Shown here piece after piece: positions 26,996 through 36,900 of a stretch of DNA of 64,000 nt (position 1 is the first letter of the stretch; every line of letters begins with the position of its first letter). This stretch comes from Octopus sinensis. Its lineage: Eukaryota. The notes beneath the pieces are model-generated. The model did not search any database, was not told the origin of the DNA, and saw only the letters and a program-made list of their open reading frames with translations. The stretch covers positions 55,552,001 through 55,616,000 of the forward strand of contig NC_043013.1 of NCBI RefSeq assembly GCF_006345805.1, given 5' to 3'. Position numbers and translations under genes: made by a program.

Positions 26996-27661
26996 TATAC
27001 CTCAACTTTAGAATAAAAGAAAAAAATATATATACACACACAAATACTACACTCCATAGAATCCATTACTAATCAGCCCCTTCATAGCTATATTTACACC
27101 CATTCATATTCTCCCTTCTGTTTTTTTCTTCTTCTTCTTCTTCATCATCATCGTTATCATCATCATCGGCGTCATCATCATCGCCACCATCATCACCACC
27201 ATCTTCTCCTTCTCCTCCTTCTTCTTCTTCATCATCATCGTTATCATCATCATCGTCGTCATAATCATCACCACCATCACCATCATCTTCTCCTTCTCCT
27301 TCTTCTTCTCCACCCCCTACCCGTTAAGTTTGTCACTGATGTTTTTTAGTATAACACCTACGCTAATTCTATAAACAAGCCTGTCAATATAAATATTCTC
27401 CTGAATTGAACTGAGACTGCCAGCCGCCACTGACCATTCAAAATACGACCATCAGGGCACTCCCAGATTCTCCCACCCCCTTTCCTCACCAGCCTTCCCT
27501 CTACTACCCTACCAAGAACTCACAACTACCTCGAACACACAAGTGCAAACAAGGGAGTCAGAGAAAGGCAGAATGCCACTTAAATCTGAACACTACTATA
27601 GAAATATTCTTTTAAGTAAACTTTTCTTCTAATTTTTCTAAATTTAATTATTTAATCGTTA

Positions 27662-27699
27662 CAGTTGAAAAGGTCTCAAAATGACCGAAACCGGTACTG
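27662..27699 (+). ncRNA. Type I minimal hammerhead ribozyme motif, U3-A8 core variant
   Basis: CAG-[TTGAAAA]-GGTC tcaaaat GACC-[GAAA]-CCGG-TA^CTG; stem I CAG/CTG, palindromic stem III ACCGGT. Confidence 0.72.
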
Positions 27700-27964
27700 A
27701 AATGTTCACTATAAAATTATTTTAGCATTTTCTATCTTGACTTGTTTTTTCATATATATCAACTCGTGTGTTCCTTTTCACCCTTATACATATATATATA
27801 TATATATATATAAATCTTTGAAGTTATTTTACAGGAAATGTTTTTGCATCTGCATATAAAAGCTCCTGTTTTATTATGCCAGCAACAGCCTAATGATATC
27901 AACTGGCAATAGCATTTTTTTTTTGCGGGGTTGTACTGAGCTGTGCCAATATAATGTAGGATAA

Positions 27965-28114
27965 ATATAATAATAATAATAATGATAATGATAATAATCC
28001 ATGGATGGAATTTATAAATATTCTAATGCAGTGCTATGCATGTAGTGATGCATTAAAATATTTATAAATTCCATCCATGGGTTATTATTATCATTATTAT
28101 TATTATTATTATAT
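27965..28114. repeat. Foldback: 32-bp core arms plus (AAT)n/(ATT)n flanks
   Basis: 27999-28030 pairs with 28049-28080 (1 mismatch). Confidence 0.85.
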
Positions 28115-28131
28115 ATAACAGTATAGAATAT

Positions 28132-28360
28132 ACTTGTTCATCCTCATAATTTATTTCCCCTTATTTTACAATTTCATACAGCTTATTTTCATGGTTGTTA
28201 CGACCTACATGTGTTTCCACTGCACAGAAAATTGTGCCCAGTTGCATGTGCAACAGTCCATACTTTGTGTATTGGAAACACATGTAGGTGGCAACAACCA
28301 TGAAAATATGCTGTACGAAATTGTGAAATAAGAGGAAATAATTTTTGAGGATGATCAAGT
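28132..28360. mobile_element. 229-bp MITE-like palindrome with diverged ~87-bp arms
   Basis: Opposite-strand ORFs 28134..28331 and 28161..28358 translate to near-identical peptides; arms pair with scattered mismatches. Confidence 0.8.
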
Positions 28361-28576
28361 CTCCATATTCTCTGTCGTTATAATTATTGCTAATATACTC
28401 TCCAGATTATATTCCCATCCAGAGAAGTAGACATGGAATTAATCATCAGAGGAATTTATAGAATGACTAATCAAGATGGTTAGCCCCAACATGGAACATA
28501 ACTGTGAGCTACTATAGTATCAACCTGGATAATATATCCCTCCAAACTCACACACACACACACACACACATATGTA

Positions 28577-29115
28577 CAGGGTGTCCCAGAAAGATTTACC
28601 CATGTTGAAAACTCTTCCCAAAGAATATCGGTTCAGGCAGTATTATCTATATTTTAAATAAAGATTTACATATGCGTTTTGTCCCTGTGTCTATTGTTTC
28701 ATTCATTTATAACAGGTTTGTAAACAAACATGGCATCGAAAGCAAAACCTGACCAGTGAGCAACGAGGACAGAGCGAAACAGTTGAATGGGTTCTGTAAA
28801 ACAATGTTCAATACCTAGAAGCAATTATAGTGGTATTAAGCAACCATTGCTTCTCTTAGGTTATATTACTATAGTATATTCTCTAATTAGTATGGCCTCC
28901 CTCAAATCCAGACATCAATCCCATGGACTTTGCTATCTAGTCTATCTTAGAGAATTTCTGCTCACTCTTGTTGCAATGTGTCAGATTTGAAGAAAACCCG
29001 TCTGTTTTCATAGGTCAAATGGAATGAAGAGGTGGTATGATACTCCTGCAACTCAGTGACCATTCATTTGCAGGCTGTGATCAAAGCAAAAGGTAATCAT
29101 TTTTAAATGTAATTA
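28577..29115 (+). mobile_element. Internally deleted IS630-Tc1-mariner superfamily relic
   Basis: TA-CAGGGTGTCC terminus; WPPSNPDINPMDFAI*SILE at 28893; HLQAVIKAKGNHF* C-terminus near 29065-29106; no matching right TIR found. Confidence 0.7.
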
Positions 29116-29174
29116 TTTCAATAAATTGACAATTTACATTAAAGTGTGTGTGCCCAATTTCATTATTCTACCTT

Positions 29175-30240
29175 AAGTACTCATGCATATAGTTACATAT
29201 CTAGACATGCTCATATATATTCAAATGATAAACTTCTGGAAAGTTTTACAGAATTTTACAGTTTCAGTGATGGATTGGATCTGTAGTCTTCGAATTAGCT
29301 TTCTCCTTTATGGTTTTGAGAAGCCTAATTTCTCAAGATTGGTATTAGGTATTGTGTTACATATCCCAGGGCCCCAATGATTAGAGGTATAATCTGGATA
29401 GAGTAACTGCAGACTTCTCAATAGTTCAGCGAAGGTGTTCTCTTTTTCACTGAACTTCAGCTCCATGTTAACATCTGCTGGGCAGCTAATTTCCACAACT
29501 CTGCACAGTTTCTCTTCTCTATTCCAAAACATCATATTAGGTCTGTTGTGCTGACATTTTTCTGAGGTTTCCACTGGAACATTCCACCAGTATTCCTTTT
29601 CATTATGAGGTGGCTATGGCTTCTTCAATATTGTGGGTTCTTATTTCTTTGTTCTCGGGATTATCATTTGGATGGGTTTCATTATAGAATATCCTAGCTA
29701 CAACATCATGTCTTATCAGTAGACAATACTGTGATGACATTTTCGTACAACTGCTTATGATGTGGGTGATATCTTCAGTGTGAACTCCACAAAGTCTGCA
29801 TCAGTGGTCACATTTTACAGCTTTTCCTGCATCTGTATCCATTTTGTGCATCAGGTATTTTGTTGATATTTCCTCTTTCTGGATTGCAAAAACACCCTAT
29901 AAAGTGAAAGGTAATAACCCAGCTATTGGTCCATAATAAACTGCTTTGATGATCGATGTTACTATCATCACGGAGCTTTCTCCTAACATATCCATGCATT
30001 ATCTTCTGTGCATATATGCTCATCCTTTCCTCTGATGATATGTTGCAGTAGAATCATGCGACTTCTTTGGGTGTGTATTCTAGGTTATCAGACAAAGAGT
30101 GTTGCTCAAGGAGCCGCCTTCCAAGTCTTATGATGTTATCAGCCTCATGTATGCAAACTTGATCAAGGGATGCACTTTGACACTTGATGGTTAAAAGATG
30201 TTGCCAAAGGGATATGACACGACATTCAAAGGCATTTTGG
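29175..30240 (-). pseudogene. 3' portion of an R4/Dong-like REL LINE (CCHC knuckle + restriction-like endonuclease)
   Basis: CRLCGVHTEDITHIISSC zinc knuckle; HNRPNMMFWNREEKLCRVVEISCPAD...EKENTFAELL; frameshifted. Confidence 0.88.
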
Positions 30241-31024
30241 CGAATGTGTGTGTATGTATATATGTATACGCATACACAAAAGTGAAATAATATGCTAGGG
30301 TTGTTCCAAAAGTAATGTGAAAGGGGGTGTAACAGTATAAGATTTTTTATTAATGGAATTACATTATTGAAATTGCACATGTTAGAGAGTTACTCTTCCT
30401 TCATACAAAAATATTTCACAGCTGAGTCTCCATCAGAAGCAATGCATCTGCCCCATCATTGAACCCAATTCTCAAATCATCTTTCAAACATAGATGTTCA
30501 CTGTTGTACTGACTTCTTCCCTGTTATTTTATTATCAAATCCACATCCCTGAAGACTCTCCTTCCTTTATCAGAATAGCTGGAATTCAGAGGGCACCAAA
30601 ACCACAGGGTATGGTGCATGGGGGAACCACTGGGCAGCACAATTTGCTGAGTGCCTGCTTTTGTTGCCAAAAATATACTCAGTTGTGTCTAGTCATAATG
30701 ATTAGGGATCTTTTCCAACTTCTTCACGTATAACAATTCAACAAACCCCTGCATGGAAAATCAGATGTAAAAAAATGAAGATGAATTTGTCTTAGAGTTC
30801 TCAAGAATATTTGTAATATCATCCATAACTTTCTGACGTCTGACAGACATGAAAATTGTTTGTCTCTGATTCTGTCTGGTCTGATTGTTTGATAGTTTAT
30901 TTGGACGCTACTTTGGGTTTGTTAGAGAAATACCAGAAGCTGCTGAATAAAAGCAGTCCTAAGTTTTCAATCAACAATGATTTAAAAATTGCTTTTTTTT
31001 ATTATTTCACTATTTTTTATTCTT

Positions 31025-31400
31025 AGCAAATTATTTGACTCTTTACCTCTTTTGGCTTGTTTCAGTGATTGAACTGCAGCCATGCTGGAGCACTGTATGA
31101 AATGGTTTACTATAACAAATTGACCACCAATGCTTGTCACTTAATTTTGTTTCTTATTCTATCACTCCTCTTTGCAAGATACAGAGATGTAAACAAACTA
31201 ATACCAGTTCTGAAAGTGCAGAGGTGACTAAACATGAAGTCACAAACATGAGTGGCATCCACACAGTTTTCATTTACCATTTCCACTCGCAAGGCATTGG
31301 TTGGTCCAAAGTAAAAGACACCTGCCCAAAATGCTATGCTGTGGGATTGAACCTGAATCCATGAAGTTGCAAAACAAGCTTCTTAATCACACAGCCATGA
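31025..31400 (-). mobile_element. Diverged family-A SINE
   Basis: Tail CATGCTGGAGCAC on + strand, core AAAGACACCTGCCCAA, head GGATTGAACCTGAATCCATG. Confidence 0.75.
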
Positions 31401-31499
31401 ATCAATGATTAATGGCTTCATTATAGAGACAAAAAAAATGATAATAACGTAAAACTAGTTATACGAAAACCAAACTGTACAAATACATACATTATAAGA

Positions 31500-31535
<36 letters not shown>

Positions 31536-31666
31536 GGCATATATACTTTTACATACAGCATAGGTACAACTAGGAAATCTTTTAATCGTATATTGGTTGC
31601 TAAAGTAATATTAGAATTGTTAATTCAGTCAAAATGTTTAATTTTATATTTCGTTTTTGGATTTGA

Positions 31667-31794
31667 ACTATTGAAAAGGTTGCAAGATGCAACGGAAAGT
31701 TTAGGAAAATAAAAATAAGAAAAAAGTAGAAATTTTACCGGTGAGTGTGTTACATTATAAGGCACAAAAAGAAAATGACTCTCCCCAGACACAA
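31667..31794. mobile_element. Copy of the MITE-like family also present at 54789-54978
   Basis: ORFs 31625..31822(-) and 54749..55084(+) share VVSGESHFLFVPYNVTHSPVKF. Confidence 0.8.
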
Positions 31795-32559
31795 CAGAAT
31801 GTTTAATTTTATTTTCATTCATTAATTTTTTATTAATTTTGGGTCAAATCTTACACCTAAGAAGAAGCAACAACAATTCTTGTGCAGAAAGCTAGCATGT
31901 ACACTGCTGTGTGTGTGTCTCTCTCTCTCCCTCTCTTTTCACAGTTTCAGTAACAATGAGAATAAACTGGAATTTGCTGTAATGAAAAAAGTGCAGTATA
32001 TTTTCTAGTGTTCAATACCTATTGCTTTATTACCAAAACCTGGCTGTTTCTCTTTACAAGTCTATTATAGCAATTTGCATATGAATGCATTCACAGGAGG
32101 ATAAAACTATTTTCACAACATAGAGCAGCCTAATTTGATATTAATTCATAACATGAGTGCAGATGACAGAATTAATAGGATATTAGGTAAACCAGCTGGT
32201 CATTTAATAATATGTAGCTATCACTGCCAGTGTGTTTGCATGCATAGAAATGTTATGCAGCTCTCTATGGTCCTCTGTACTCAGATCTCATTAGATATTG
32301 CAGATTGACATGTTTTTGTCTGTGAAAACAGCAGAAGCATTGCAAAGCAGGTGAGACAGTTAAAGATCTTCGAGTGTCAAGTTCAAATTTTCTTTCGACT
32401 ATGGAGAAATGGTGTAATGAGAAACAACTTCATAGTGTTGCTTCTTTAAATATTTAAATAAGAACCTCATCAGAAAAGGAGTTCCCAGTTGTTCAGTAAG
32501 ATTACAGGGTTAGCCATCTTCTTTATGTACCATGTCTACCAGCATTAGCAATCACGGCC

Positions 32560-32940
32560 CCTACATTTAACCTAGCATGTTAGTGAGTCTGCCTTTTCTC
32601 TCTGTGTTTCTGGACTTCTTCCTTTCACCAAATTTTCAAAGATTCATCTTTTTACACAGTAGCCGATGAAATTAGTCTATTAACCCTCCCTTATGTGGTT
32701 AAGTTTTCTGGTGGTTTTAGCTCATCTAAGGACTTCAACATTACTTACTCTACACAGGATATCTTCAGCATTTGTCTAAGGGATCACACCTCTGTTGTAG
32801 TCATAAATTTTTACATGTCTCAAGTCACATCACCAAACGTAAGAATAAGTTCAGTGCATGACCCATTTATTTGACCACATATGCTGGATCTCACTAAAAC
32901 CAGTTTTGGCCAGCTCAGTCCTTGACTTAAAGCCTTTGAT
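32560..32940 (-). pseudogene. Decayed RTE LINE fragment
   Basis: TTEV*SLRQMLKISCVE*VSNVEVLR*AK resembles the RTE TTEM..LRRML.ISW....SNEEVLRRA motif. Confidence 0.55.
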
Positions 32941-33111
32941 GTTTGCCTTCATTCGATGTAATGATGATTCCCAAATATTTAAAGCAATGGGCTAATACAT
33001 TAGTTAATTTATTAGTTTCTATAATACAGCAGCAGCAGTAGTGGTAGCAACAGTAGCATTAGCAAATGGAAGTGACATGTTGTTGATATCTATAATCAGC
33101 AACACCACATG

Positions 33112-33182
<71 letters not shown>

Positions 33183-33195
33183 TATACACACACAC

Positions 33196-33595
33196 ACATG
33201 CTGTGCGGTAGGAAGTTTGCTTCCCAACCACATGGTTCCGAGTTCAGTCCCACTGCATGGCACCTTGGGTAAGTGTCTTCTACTATAGCCTCAGGCCGAC
33301 TAAAGCCTTGTGAGTGGATTTGGTAGACGGAAACTGAAAGAAGCCCATCATATATATATATATTTATAAGTATGTATGTGTGTACTTGTGTGTCCGTGTT
33401 TGTTCCCACACCATCGCTTGACAACCAATGTTGGTGTGTTTATGTCCCTGTAATTTAATGGTTCAGCAAAAGATAGCGATAGAATAAGTATTAGGCTTAC
33501 AAAGAATAAGTCTTGGGGTCGGTTTTTTCAACTAAAGGTGGTGCTCCAGCATGGCCTCAGTCAAATGACTGAAACAAGTAAAAGAATAAAAGAAA
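33196..33595 (+). mobile_element. Best-preserved full-length family-A SINE
   Basis: tRNA-like head, core GGCACCTTGGGTAAGTGTCTTCTACTATAGCC...GGAAACTGAAAGAAGCCC, tail GGTGCTCCAGCATGGCCTCAGTCAAATGACTGAAACAAGTAAAAGAATAAAAG. Confidence 0.93.
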
Positions 33596-33614
33596 GGCAA
33601 ATATACGTATATGT

Positions 33615-33842
33615 ACGTGTTTGTGCATGTGTGAGTGTGTGTGTGTCTGTCCCCATGCCATCTCTTGAGAACTTATGCTAAAGTGTTTATGTCCCTATAA
33701 CTTAGCAGTTCAACAAAAAAAAGAGACCGATAGAATAAGTACTATGCTTACATAGTCAATTTCTTCGACTAAAACCCCTTAAGGCTGTACTCCAGCATGG
33801 CCGCAGTCAAATGACTGAAACAAGTAAAATAATAAAAGAATA
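33615..33842 (+). mobile_element. Second, tandem family-A SINE 3' half
   Basis: Repeats the GATAGAATAAGTA...CAGCATGGCCGCAGTCAAATGACTGAAACAAG tail. Confidence 0.88.
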
Positions 33843-34149
33843 TACACAAAGGAGAGAGAGATAGAAGGGGAGGAGAGAGAGAAAGAAAGAGACAGTAGAT
33901 AAACAGAAAGAGAGAGAGACAAACAGACAGACTTATCATTTATCGTCACTGAGTTGGGTGAAATAAGATTGAATCAAGACAAGAGTCACTTGCATCGGGT
34001 TAGTATGAATCCTTGTTTTTAGATTTCAAACAACCCTTTGAGGGAGTTGTCTATGAGATAATCTCAGAGGATTTTTCATCTCACACTTTTACACATAGAC
34101 CAGTCTGTGTCTACAAACAATTGTGCCTCTATATTTCAGTTCCTTAACT

Positions 34150-34675
34150 GAAAAACTGTCTGCAAGCAATAATAAATCTCTGAACGAGATGTAAGCAGTA
34201 ACCGCTCGACAACGTAAAGTATATTAGACATCTCAATATGGCTAACCACTAAGGGTCGGTGTTACTGTAGCTTTTACGTTGTCGAGCGGTTACTGTTTAC
34301 ATCTTGTTCAGAGATTTATTATTGCTTGCAGACAGTTTTTCGAAATCAGTGACAGTGGTTACTGGGAAAAACATTAAATAGATATTTGCAAACAGGTCTC
34401 CCTTCATCGAAAACCGGTGATTACCGTACGTTGACAAGAGGCAAATACCTCAAAACTGCAGTCCGGGTGTATCACTAGGGTTTACGAGAGAGGGATGACC
34501 TCCCTTTGCAAATACCATAAGGGCACAGAAAGTGTGCCTAAAGCCAGCTGGAGACGATGTTCTCCTGGGGCTAAAAGCTACAGTAACACCCACCCTTAGT
34601 GGTTAGCCATATTGAGATGGCTAGTATACTTTACGTTGTCGAGCGGTTACTGTTTACATCTTGTTCAGAGATTTA
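34150..34675 (+). mobile_element. Non-coding retrozyme/pLTR-like element: 357-bp monomer, partial second copy, inverted 5' junction copy
   Basis: 46-bp identical direct repeat 34273-34318 = 34630-34675; 34173-34275 inverted vs 34573-34675; 34150-34218 inverted vs 34273-34341; internal hammerhead motif. Confidence 0.7.
34417..34475 (+). ncRNA. Type I hammerhead ribozyme motif (U3-A8 core, G12 mutated to A)
   Basis: GTGAT TACC gta CG-[TTGACAA]-GAGG caaata CCTC-[AAAA]-CTGCAG-TC^CG GGTG t ATCAC. Confidence 0.68.
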
Positions 34676-35311
34676 ATAAAGTTGTGATGTTTTCCTAGTT
34701 AAAATCTATTTTCTTTCATTGAACGACAAAACATATTCTTTTTTTCTTTCTCTCTCACTCACACACAGTCTTTCTCCTTTTTTTCTTTTTTGGTTTTCTT
34801 TTCTCTTTTTCTACTACCATTTTTCTTTGACCACTTCAGGAATGAATAAATTCAGAGAATATATTTCTGATTTACCAATGATCTGCATTTCTTAGAAATA
34901 ACAGTCAAACATGTCAAAACTTACATCTTGTCATCCTAACTAAGGATAGGATATATTATGTAATGCAGTTCTGAAAAAATCGAGTTGAACTTGAAAGCTG
35001 CTGACCATAATCATGGTTGATCAGGAGCTAAATAACAAGAAAGTAATAAAAAAGTGTTGATATATTTAAAGCATAGACCATTAAAAAAAGCCAATTAGAA
35101 ATAATTGTGGGATGGGAAAAAGGAAACAATATTAGTCATCAACTAATATTGCTTTTCATTACTATAACAAGCCTTCAAGGCAACTCCATGTGTTTCGCTA
35201 TTATTCTGACCTCATCTGTGATCACATTTGCCAAAGTAATAATGACTGAATCATCAATTAAATGTTTAAGACTGTAGCAAGGGGAATGAAATTAGTTAGT
35301 GTTTTTCAATA

Positions 35312-35895
35312 CGAGGGGCGTTCAATAAGTAATGCCTCTGACCCACTTGCCTTTGTTTGATCTAACTGATCTAACTGCATGTGCAATTATTCATATCTCT
35401 ATAGATTAAGTGGCAAATTACAGCTCTGAACTAATTGTGGTTTCTGATTTACAGGTGTTTGAAATGAGTCAAGTGGGAAATGGAGCCTGTTGAGTGTCGA
35501 GCAGTGATCCGGTTTTTGTATTTGAAAGGACGCACACCACAGGAGACTTTTAATGAAATGAAAGTAACTTATGGTGATGATGCCCCATCATATGACCTTG
35601 TAAAACGCTGGCATCGTGAATTCAAACATGGTCGGAACTCTGTGGAAACAGCTACCAGATCTGGTCGCACCCCTTCTGCCATTGATGAGGCATCTGTCCG
35701 TCAAGTTGAGGCTGGAAGATCAAGTTTGGTCCGTCAAGTTTGGAAGATCGACGCATAACTATTCGCCAAATAGCCCATGAGGTCAAGATTAGTACCGGGT
35801 CTGTGGAAACTATCATTCATGACCATTTGCATATGCAAAAGGTGTCTGCCAGATGGAGTTCCAGGTTGCTCACACTTTTCCAGAAGCAAGAACGC
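35312..35895 (+). mobile_element. 5' half of a mariner transposon
   Basis: TA-CGAGGGGCGTTCAATAAGT terminus; MEPVECRAVIRFL...RWHREFKHGR...RSGR; EDRRITIRQIA...KVSARW. Confidence 0.9.
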
Positions 35896-36690
35896 AAGAA
35901 TTCCAGAAGCAAGAATTTAGGGATGCAGATGTATTTCGTAGCTCTTCGGAACTAACCACCTTTCCACAGGTCTTTCTGTCTCTCACTATCTGCCATTTTG
36001 CTGTGTGTCACACATATTCTCCTGATGTTTCCTCTCTCTATGCAAATTATACTGAAAACATCAAACTATCATGTATTCCTGCATGTAAATAAAAGAATAC
36101 ATCACACAATTGGCGTATGACAATAGAGTAATTCTTTGTATTGCACCTTTTCTAATGGTTTACAACCAATGTTTAGAAATACTGTTGCCTACATACTGTC
36201 ACACTACTTCTTTTTAATCTTTTGAATAATCTGTAAAGTAAAATAAGATGTGTGTGTATTTATCAATCAGAGGATCTCAAGACTAAAGAACCTTTTGACT
36301 ACTGGATTGCAAATAAATACATACATACATACACATTAATGGTTGTTTGTATATATATAGTTATATATAAAGACAGTCAAATAATACATTTAAGTATCAC
36401 TCAATAACTTTCAGTAGAGTATCATATTTATTTTATCTTAACAGAAAAGTTGACATTTGTGTATCTTATATCTCTAATCTTGTTTCCTTCGGCAGGTTTT
36501 TCCATTTTTTTTCTTTAATTTCACCCTTTTGTTGCATCCACTGCTCTTTTCTTCAGATCATACTTGATAATTGTTTATATTGTAGATATTTACTAGGATC
36601 ATCACTGTAGCTACTTTATTTCAGTTTTCTAATTAATTTTGTGATATTACTTTGGTGTAATGGTTTGCACAGTTGTATGTTTACATGGTA

Positions 36691-36900
36691 AGGCGTCGAG
36701 CTATCAGAATCTTTAGCACACTGGGCAAAATGCTTTGTAGTATTTCATCCATCTTCACGTTCTGAGTTCAAATTCTGCCATGGTTGATTTTTCCTTTCAT
36801 CCATTTGGGGTCGATAAATTAAGTACCAGTTGCATACTGGTGTCGATCTAATTGACTTGCCCCCTCCCCCAAAATTTTGGGCCTTGTGCCTAAAGTAGAA
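36691..36900 (+). mobile_element. Family-B tRNA-derived SINE
   Basis: GTTCTGAGTTCAAATTCTGCC B-box; TTTCATCCATTTGGGGTCGATAAATTAAGTACCAG core; GGCCTTGTGCCT end. Confidence 0.88.

Larger units (their letters stand above)
25517..27759 (+). mobile_element. 5'-truncated Penelope-like element with ~735-bp inverted terminal duplication
   Basis: 25517-26255 is the reverse complement of 27026-27759 (a few substitutions and 1-2 nt indels); the spacer encodes GIY-YIG; both ends border TA repeats. Confidence 0.92.

Noticed and set aside
33196-33270. tRNA gene
   Set aside because: A/B-box-like head continues into SINE core and tail; no complete cloverleaf. The same applies to the other SINE heads
35185-35222. 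Minus-strand CAGATGA...GAAACAC hammerhead-like string
   Set aside because: Core U4 is altered and stem II does not pair; too degenerate to call
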